Position numbers and translations under genes: made by a program. Shown here piece by piece: positions 56,855 through 64,000 of a DNA stretch of 64,000 nt; the stretch's first letter is position 1, and the number at the start of each line of letters is the position of its first letter. The stretch lies in assembly GCA_000091205.1 (NCBI GenBank), contig AP006492.2; one strand, given 5' to 3'. A model generated the notes under the pieces. That model saw nothing but the letters and a program-made list of their open reading frames with translations. It searched no databases and had not been told where the DNA came from. Source of the stretch: Cyanidioschyzon merolae (Eukaryota).

Positions 56855-57350
56855 GGGACACTGAACTAGCCGCCGAGTTCATGCTTTTCGGTGACAATCC
56901 GAGATTGTTTAGGTGTACAGGTATGGCGTTCGACTGATGGAAAGAGGGGCTTTGGTATTTATATGTTGTTTCGGTGATGGGACACTGAACTAGCCGCCGT
57001 GTTCATGCTTTTCGGTGACAATCCGAGATTGTTTAGGTGTACAGGTATGGCGGTCGACTGATGGAAAGAGGGGCTTTGGTATTTATATGTTGTTTCGGTG
57101 ATGGGACACTGAACTAGCCGCCGTGTTCATGCTTTTCGGTGACAATCCGAGATTGTTTAGGTGTACAGGTATGGCGGTCGACTGATGGAAAGAGGGGCTT
57201 TGGTATTTATATGTTGTTTCGGTGATGGGACACTGAACTAGCCGCCGTGTTCATGCTTTTCGGTGACAATCCGAGATTGTTTAGGTGTACAGGTATGGCG
57301 GTCGACTGATGGAAAGAGGGGCTTTGGGATTTATATGTTGTTTCGGGATT
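56855..57350. repeat. 124-bp tandem repeat, 4 copies (minisatellite), intergenic
   Basis: Unit gggacactgaactagccgccgtgttcatgcttttcggtgacaatccgagattgtttaggtgtacaggtatggcggtcgactgatggaaagaggggctttggtatttatatgttgtttcggtgat begins at 56855, 56979, 57103 and 57227. The first copy has 2 substitutions (gag/gtg, gcgttc/gcggtc) and the last copy diverges at its end. There is no ORF of 60 aa or more. Confidence 0.95.
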
Positions 57351-57879
57351 CTCGGTCGCGGATTTGAGACGTTTTTTTGACGCCAGGCCGCTGAATTTTG
57401 CTGCATTACCAGAATCGAACTGATTCGCGTCGATCTTTAATAACCACTCGTATACTATACGATTGCGTTATCCAATGCAAACGTACATGCTTCAAGTCTT
57501 CTTCTTTTGTTATGTTTCGCATGCTCGATGTGCGCGTGCTTCGAATTTTTGAAATTTCTAATTCAATTTGTGGGCGCAGCGTCTCGCACCTCTGGATTGA
57601 AGAGGTACAAAACTCGACTTTGCACCTTGAGGACTTGTTGACAAACTCACACTGAAACTTCACTGAACTTGAAAAGCCAAATAATCGATTCCGTTCGAGA
57701 GAGAGAAATCATTCGCTCTTCTTCTTGCTATCGACGAAACTGCATCCCACGGCAGCATGATCTACCAGACGGGATATGCTCCCAGAGGCTCCAGTCTCTT
57801 CTGTTTTCACAAAAGAGATCTTGGACTCGGACCGTATTCACCGCAGCAATCGCTTCTATTACAGTGTGCGTCGCTGCTT

Positions 57880-58330
57880 CGTACGAAGGGAGCGTCGTTG
57901 GATCGAAATTACTCGTCTGGATCTCTCGTATGGATTTTGCTTCCGATACTTGCATCATGACGGATAGCATCGCGTTCCTCGAATACCGTATCGAATGGGA
58001 CACCGTACTTTCCGAGTGTATCGTTCAGAGGAAGCGCGTCATTGCAAGGTGCATCACCTGGCACGGAAACGGAGGAGGGCATCGCGGGGAATTTCCTGCA
58101 CTCGTCAAGTGTGCATATCGAGCAATGAAGCAAATGTTCGCTCCTCGCAGCGTGGCGCAGAGCGGAGGTGATGTTCAGGCCATCTGGGTGCGCACCTATT
58201 CAGTGTCCAATGTAATCGCTGCGAAGTGCCCACCGAAGCTGTCTGTCAACAGGATGAAGATAGCAAACGAAACCAGGATCACAACGACCGTCTGTGCATG
58301 ACAAGCGTCGACAACAGCCAGAACATGTGA
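57880..58330 (+). repeat. Copy D of the roughly 440-bp dispersed repeat family
   Basis: acttgcatcatgacggatagcatcgcgttcctcgaataccgtatcgaatgggacaccgtactt; ggaaacggaggagggcatcg; tatcgagcaatgaagcaaatg; gctgcgaagtgcccaccgaag align with blocks of copies A-C. Confidence 0.55.
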
Positions 58331-58814
58331 AATCGGGACTTGGACGACGCGATTAACATCCTTGGACTGCTGACAACGAAGATGAAGGATTAGGAGAGAC
58401 CGGCGCATTCAAAGCAGGACAGGGGCGAGAGCCGAAAGGATGCAGTTACAGAGGAATCCCGCAGCTGCTGATGTTCACGACGCTGGAAAGCGCCCGAACG
58501 GCTGCCGAAGACGCCTCCGTGAGCAACATGCACCCGTTCCATCCAGCTTAAAATAGATCAATATTGTATGAAAATATCTTTATCTTTCTTTTACTGGATA
58601 AAGCTGTACCTCGTGATCCATCATGCGTGCGCGGCGCACGTCGAAAGTGGCGCGACGCGCTGACGGCTGGTGCAGTTTTTGGCGGGTAGTACCCAGTGTC
58701 GCCGCGGTGTCCCGCGAGCGCCCTGGAACTGCTGCACGACAGCAGTCAAGCGCTGGTGCTTCGCCTGAGGCGCTGTTCAAGAAGTCGCATGATCGTCGCG
58801 CTGCGATTTGATTC

Positions 58815-61800
58815 ATGGCACTTGCGAGCAACACGCTTCCAACGCTTCCTATTGAGGCAGCGTTGCTGACGGTTCTGGACGTTGGTATACACGGGAAGCG
58901 CGCTGCGGTACCAGGAAAACTACTAGGTTTGCGCACGAGCGCAGACATTGAGTCGGTGGTGAGGCGCGGTGAGCTGCCTTTTCGTGAGAGATTTCTTCTG
59001 GTGACGGCTGTCAGCCGCGACGGGCGTTCTATTCGAATCAGCGACGGCAAGAATAGCATCCTGGCGACGTGTTCGGAGCGGCTCTCGCAGGAAGCGGACG
59101 TACACGGAACGGTGCCGTTTCCGGTGTCTTTGCGCGACCGATGTGTATTTATGAACGGGTGTGTTCGGCTCAGTGCGGCACGTGACCTGGAATCAACGAT
59201 TACGGAGCCCGACGCGTGGGATCTCGCAGTGCGCGAGCACGCTGCCCGCCTGTACGGGCAGTGGTTTCGAAAGACGATGCTTGCGGGTGGCGGGACCCGA
59301 CCCTGGACTGCTTTTCTGCAACAGGTCACCATTGAGAGTTTCATTCGAGTCGAAGTCGAGCTGGTCAACACACAGACGACAGCATGGGCGTTTCCGAACC
59401 GAATGATGACCGGAGATGTGGTGGATGTGAACCAAAGCTTGCGAGTCAAAAGGAAACTGACGCAGTGCCTGATCCATCTGTTGGCACCAATTGAATACCG
59501 CGATAATGTGCCGGCGTATGCAGGGAGCGCATCGGCGAAGACAGGTGTTCGCGGTGCAGATGCGCTTCACGAGTTGCCTTGCTCCGATGCGGTACCATCC
59601 AATGAAACCTCCGGTGGGTATCCTCGGAATGCGTGTCCAGTCGAGGACGCGGGCTCAACAACCGGAGCCGTCCCACAGGCGCAGCACGCGCCAATACCGC
59701 GGCCTCTGGCTCTGCGTATGCGACTTGCAGCCAAACAGCGACCTGTCGAAGGATCAGACGATCCGATGCCACAAAGTGAGGCCGCTGATTCCTGTGCACC
59801 GATCAACTCCAGCAAATGCGATGGTGATGTTAGAGCGCAAGCGCCTCCGCTGAGGAAGAACGCGAAAATTGGTCAGTCTCATGAGCCGTTGCCGGACGCT
59901 ATGGCCACAGAAAGCAGCGGAGGAACTGATCAAGGCTCAGGTGCTAGCGCAAAGCATGCGGTTCATATCGAGAATCAGATCGCGGCCATGGCTTTGCCCA
60001 AAGTCGACCTGGCCCCAACTGGTAGCACGTGGGCGAATGTCGGCGACGCAGAGAAATCGAACACCGAAGCGCCCGAAAGCACCGTGGGTGGCACTTCCGA
60101 GAACGCCTTACTTCGGGGGAAAGAGCTCCGCGTTCTCTATAACGCACTGGAAGCGATGCGCCTGCCACCGAGTTCCTTGTCTGCATTAGAAGATGAGCAT
60201 GCAAGGGGTCCAGTAACGGAAATCGGCGCGCTCGGGTTGGCGCCTGCTCCGATTTCTGGCCCCGTGTCTGAGCAATGTGCATCTACCGAGGATGATCAAA
60301 TAGCCCCTGCGGTTGGCAGCCAGCAAAGCCAGCACACTGCTCTCACACCCGGGACGCCAACGGCATGCCCAACGAACGACGCTGTTGAGAACGCACAGCG
60401 AAATTTACATAGCGATCTGGTATGTGTCACGGAGTCTGTTGAAAGCGATGCCGTGCGCCGAGGAGCGCCTCCAGGAGCAAACACCATCCCTAGTGATGGT
60501 GATGACAAAAACGATGATGCGGCTCAAGCATGTCAGGATCATTCGGACGGTCGCAAACCATCGAGTGATGATCGAATACGCTCTCAGAAACGTATGCGCA
60601 TCTCACATTTGAGCTGCGACCGCAGAAGCCCTGAAAAACCCCAGGAGAGCGAGAGCGTCTGCACAAGTACGTCCCGAGAAACATTTCAGCAAGACAATAA
60701 CATTACGAACAGCGTTAGCACTTTCGAAGCAAACCTCATGAATATGAGCCCGGTACCGCGAAAGCGTTGCAAGGCTATTGTGCCAAGCAGCGCCACACGG
60801 ACACCTTCTGATGGACCCGCTCACGCCAGTAACGAACGACAAATCTCTCCCCAAGATCGCGCAGACGAGGCAACTGTGCGCGACAGCAATGGGACTGCGG
60901 CTGTAGCAATAGCCCCTGCATTCCAAGACACCGCAAACGGAACCTTGCCGCATAGGCAGTCGCAAAGGTCGCGCCAAACCCGCAACGCCGCTGTAACAGA
61001 CGGGGAAAATACGTCAGGTTCTCTGAATGCAACAGCACTGCCGCCGAAAAATCGCCGAGGTAAGAAGCCACGGCGGCGCGCTCCTCAGCCTATTGAAGAG
61101 ACGGGTCATTCCTCACCCGGGCAGGGCACGCGCAACAGCACGTTCGTCGGCCCCAGCAAAGCGTGCGACTCGTCCCAGCAAGCTCTGCAGCGCACACAAC
61201 TGGAGTGTCAGTTAGAAACGGCTGGCAAACACTCGAACCAGCACGAGTCAGTTCCTTTTGACTGCGCTCGCGACCAGACCAGTGACTCATCGACGACGAC
61301 AATGACGACGCAGCCACCACCAACATCACCACCATCGTTTTCTAGTACGGTACCGCCAGACGCTCAGCGCATTGCCGTAGAGTCTCCGCAGCTCGCGGAT
61401 TCAGCCGCATCGCCTGCTGGGCAAGAGCACCGCGGCCGCAAAACTCGCTCGGAACGGCGCCCCTTACCGGTGCATGCGCAGGATAGAGGTGATGGCGCAT
61501 GCAGGAATGCCACGTGTCCCGCTGGAGACAGCACCATCGACGCGCACGCATCTCCATTGATGACTGGCGAGCGTGATCGCACGCACCCGGTACGTGGAAG
61601 TGCGCGCGCTGCAGACGCGACTGCATGCGCTGATGGTCCGAAAAACGCTATGCAGGCTAGTGGCGAATTGCATGAGCGCCGCGATGCCCCCAGTGTGCCT
61701 TCAGATGATCTCCAGAGCCTCGTTGCGAATGGAACACCGCGAATGGCGCTGCTAACAGCTGGTACCGTCCAATCAAAGCGGTCTGAGGAGGAACGGTCCA

Positions 61801-61961
61801 TGTCAGCAGCAGTTACGCCCGTTCGCTCAGGGCACGCGAGTCCCGACACAACTTGTGCCCAGAGTGCTCTGCCGCCGTGGGCTCGCTACCTGCGCAACCT
61901 CGGTAGATGGCGGTTTTTCAAGGGACAAAAATGGCGAAATGATCCCCGAGATCCCTCCTAG
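58815..61961 (+). CDS. Large hypothetical protein (1048 aa): a structured N-terminal region of about 230 aa followed by a long Ser/Ala/Pro/Thr-rich disordered region
   Basis: ATG-initiated ORF uninterrupted over 3.1 kb. The N-terminus ...GKLLGLRTSADIESVVRRGELPFRERFLLVTAVSRDGRSIRISDGKNSILATCSERL... could be an OB-fold-like domain; this is speculative. No family assigned. Confidence 0.4.
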   Translation: MALASNTLPTLPIEAALLTVLDVGIHGKRAAVPGKLLGLRTSADIESVVRRGELPFRERFLLVTAVSRDGRSIRISDGKNSILATCSERLSQEADVHGTVPFPVSLRDRCVFMNGCVRLSAARDLESTITEPDAWDLAVREHAARLYGQWFRKTMLAGGGTRPWTAFLQQVTIESFIRVEVELVNTQTTAWAFPNRMMTGDVVDVNQSLRVKRKLTQCLIHLLAPIEYRDNVPAYAGSASAKTGVRGADALHELPCSDAVPSNETSGGYPRNACPVEDAGSTTGAVPQAQHAPIPRPLALRMRLAAKQRPVEGSDDPMPQSEAADSCAPINSSKCDGDVRAQAPPLRKNAKIGQSHEPLPDAMATESSGGTDQGSGASAKHAVHIENQIAAMALPKVDLAPTGSTWANVGDAEKSNTEAPESTVGGTSENALLRGKELRVLYNALEAMRLPPSSLSALEDEHARGPVTEIGALGLAPAPISGPVSEQCASTEDDQIAPAVGSQQSQHTALTPGTPTACPTNDAVENAQRNLHSDLVCVTESVESDAVRRGAPPGANTIPSDGDDKNDDAAQACQDHSDGRKPSSDDRIRSQKRMRISHLSCDRRSPEKPQESESVCTSTSRETFQQDNNITNSVSTFEANLMNMSPVPRKRCKAIVPSSATRTPSDGPAHASNERQISPQDRADEATVRDSNGTAAVAIAPAFQDTANGTLPHRQSQRSRQTRNAAVTDGENTSGSLNATALPPKNRRGKKPRRRAPQPIEETGHSSPGQGTRNSTFVGPSKACDSSQQALQRTQLECQLETAGKHSNQHESVPFDCARDQTSDSSTTTMTTQPPPTSPPSFSSTVPPDAQRIAVESPQLADSAASPAGQEHRGRKTRSERRPLPVHAQDRGDGACRNATCPAGDSTIDAHASPLMTGERDRTHPVRGSARAADATACADGPKNAMQASGELHERRDAPSVPSDDLQSLVANGTPRMALLTAGTVQSKRSEEERSMSAAVTPVRSGHASPDTTCAQSALPPWARYLRNLGRWRFFKGQKWRNDPRDPS

Positions 61962-62541
61962 CACCACGTTTCTACTGTATGTGCAGGATTTCCATGACGT
62001 CGACGCACGCAGCGCATAGCCAGGATGTGCACACGAGGCACTCGAACGTTCAGGTACTGCGGGCGTGTTAATGGCGAGCGCCGGTTACTCACTTGTTGAT
62101 CGATTGAACAAGGCAACTCTTGGCGAGCGGCGGCGGGATTAGAGTAACGCACTTTTTGGGTCCCTGGGCTGGGCAGCGCCCCGCTTGGAATGAACGCGGA
62201 ACCGCGAACTCTGTAGACAACGTTCCACCGATCCTTGCATCTGTTCTGGACTCGTGTCCAATGAAGGATGCGGCGTGGCGTAGGCAAGTTACCATGACCT
62301 AACAGGCAGCAGCGAAACGAGATATCCAGCTGCTCCGTATTCCATGCGATGAACGGAAGTGACCAATGGAGCTTGCAGAGGCATGCCCAACCGCGCTGTA
62401 TCCTGTTTCGGCACTTGTTTCCGATTGCATGTCAGGGATGCAGCTTTTTGACTGCGGTTTTTGTATGCCTTATCGCATTCAAGCAACACAACCAAGTTCC
62501 CAGCGTTCGCCGCTCGGTCACAGCTTATAAACGCTGAGCAC

Positions 62542-63084
62542 TTACGGGCTTTTTCGGGTGACGCCCGACTGTTGTGCAGGCGGCGACAAAATCGTCTGCA
62601 GTGTGCGCTCCTCGGCGGCACTCCAGCGCCAGCGCTGCCCAACGATTTGCTGCGTCAGCTGCCTTATTTGCGTCTTCGTCAACAACCGCGGACTCGCCAG
62701 TGTCTTCGAGGTAAGCGACAGCGTGCCGCGTCGCCTCAGGACGGTGACGCCTACCAGACCGCCGAGCAGGGCGCCGCCAAGCCACAAACCACGCAGCACA
62801 GGATCAGTCCAAAAGATATCACTTTCTTGGAACCAAACACTTTGGCCGTACTCCTGTGTGAGATAGTCACGAATCGTCTCCGAATCCAGACCGTCCCGAA
62901 GCAGTTTCCGTACTCGGTCGCGTAGCGCTACAGCGGTGGGAGCGTTCGAAAACTCAATATTTTGACCACTGCCGCATTCTAAGCAGCGAATTGCTCTAAA
63001 AAGCGCCTTGGCCTTTTCGTTGAGCAAAATCTCTTTTTCATCGACCTGGTCTGCGGTACCCGCGGGGTTCCGCGGGTCAGACAT
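62542..63084 (-). CDS. ccmH: Cytochrome c-type biogenesis protein CcmH (System I), mitochondrial
   Basis: LFRAIRCLECGSGQNIEFSNAPTAVALRDRVRKLL...IRDYLTQEYGQSVWF matches the CcmH signature (LRCxxCQxQxIxDSNAxxAxDLR), followed by one TM helix (GLWLGGALLGGLVGVTVL). ATG at 63084; the ORF extends to 63123. Confidence 0.65.
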   Translation of the reverse strand: MSDPRNPAGTADQVDEKEILLNEKAKALFRAIRCLECGSGQNIEFSNAPTAVALRDRVRKLLRDGLDSETIRDYLTQEYGQSVWFQESDIFWTDPVLRGLWLGGALLGGLVGVTVLRRRGTLSLTSKTLASPRLLTKTQIRQLTQQIVGQRWRWSAAEERTLQTILSPPAQQSGVTRKSP

Positions 63085-64000
63085 GGCGCTCCCCAGGGAA
63101 ACGCATGGGTGCCAGGGAAGCAACGCTGACGATGGACGGTGACGTGCGTTGCCATCACAAGCGCAGCGGTCGATCGTCGGGAACGTTTCATTCCTTGTGT
63201 TTCAGCTCCATTCGATTTCAACTTAGACGCGATGTATAGCATGAGATCGAAATCACGATGCAATGCACCGGATAGAATGTAGACGAATTATGTGCAGTAT
63301 ATATGCTTTACTGAACAGTGCAAGGTGGACTGCATTCCTCATTCAGGTCAGTAATGCCTCAGTACAGAGATAATTCAGGAGCACTGCAAGAGCGAAGCAT
63401 AGGCACGCAGCGCCAGAACCGAAACTCTTAGAGATTGCTTGCGGTCGGTGTTAGAAACCGAACCGTTGATCAGTTTCGGCAAAGCAAAAGCGACGATGGA
63501 AGTCGCCACGGGCGTCTCTGTTTCCCAACAGCTTGTTGGTTCGGTCCTGAATACACTGGAATACAGCCGCGTAAGAAGAGTCCTAGTTTACGCACAGTCA
63601 TCTTGCACCGAAATCGCAACTATAGCGTTCCCGGAACGTCACGATCGATATGAAGCACGTGGACGTCTGTTAGTTTTTGCCAGTCGATGAGGCTCGCTTC
63701 GGACGAAATCGATCGGGGCGTACGTGGGTCTTCGCGGAGCAGGGAGCCTGCCGTACCTACGATCGAACTCGAAGAGAAGTAAGACATCAGCATCTGTTCT
63801 AGATTGATTGGATGCATTTCGCGGCCTCAGATTCGCTTGTAGAGAGGGCTCATATAACAGCACCGACTACATTGTCGAATCATTGAAGACTTTTCCCCGA
63901 AATCTGGCGGCGTCCGTCTATTGGACAACGTGGCATTGCACCATTCCCCTTGCGTTCAATCTTTTTCCCGATTGTTTAAGGGTGCAGCTGCTTTTCATTC

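Noticed and set aside
56855-57350. Possible CRISPR array, given the regular 124-bp periodicity
   Set aside because: The units are contiguous and identical, with no repeat-spacer alternation. The repeat length far exceeds CRISPR repeats (24-48 bp). The genome is eukaryotic. It is a minisatellite.
1-64000. Prokaryotic interpretation (operons, defence islands, prophage)
   Set aside because: The gene content is unambiguously eukaryotic (DCP2, ArfGAP, SLC25 carrier, ACF1-like WAC-DDT protein, LCB2, twin-Cx9C complex I subunit, presequence-bearing mito-ribosomal proteins). I saw no integrase, transposase, restriction-modification, toxin-antitoxin or CRISPR-Cas signatures.

Overview
This window looks like gene-dense nuclear DNA from an intron-poor, GC-rich eukaryote (the GC level is judged by eye, not computed). 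I identified about 21 protein-coding genes on both strands, all as uninterrupted ORFs. Products I recognise: a plastid-type S9 serine peptidase (glutamyl-endopeptidase-like), DCP2 (Nudix), a mitochondrial SLC25 carrier, riboflavin kinase, an ArfGAP, an alpha/beta hydrolase, a PhnP-like metallo-beta-lactamase-fold hydrolase, cobalamin-independent methionine synthase (MetE), mito-ribosomal proteins uL1m and bL28m, a PUR-alpha-like protein, TACO1/YebC, serine palmitoyltransferase LCB2, an ACF1/ITC1-like protein (WAC, DDT and WHIM domains), the twin-Cx9C complex I subunit NDUFS5, a COQ1-type trans-polyprenyl diphosphate synthase, CcmH of the System-I cytochrome c maturation pathway, and several membrane or low-complexity hypothetical proteins. 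The gene content, together with codon usage that is GC-rich but relaxed at third positions, fits a unicellular red alga of the Cyanidioschyzon type; this is an inference. CcmH is nuclear, there are no spliceosomal introns in any recognised gene, and a plastid-type GEP peptidase is present. I found no rRNA gene, no convincing tRNA gene and no CRISPR array. The most unusual signal is a dispersed repeat family of roughly 440 bp with four copies in both orientations and about 65-70% identity. Conservation falls in blocks, and the reading frame is not conserved beyond the first block. Other features worth noting are a 124-bp x4 tandem minisatellite, a dense microsatellite and Z-DNA-type cluster inside a bidirectional promoter, a G-quadruplex-type tract, a 57-bp direct duplication, and a convergent gene pair whose stop codons overlap in a palindromic CTAG. 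Several stretches of 3-4 kb contain no gene I can recognise. Most of the other listed ORFs are antisense or shadow ORFs of GC-rich DNA.
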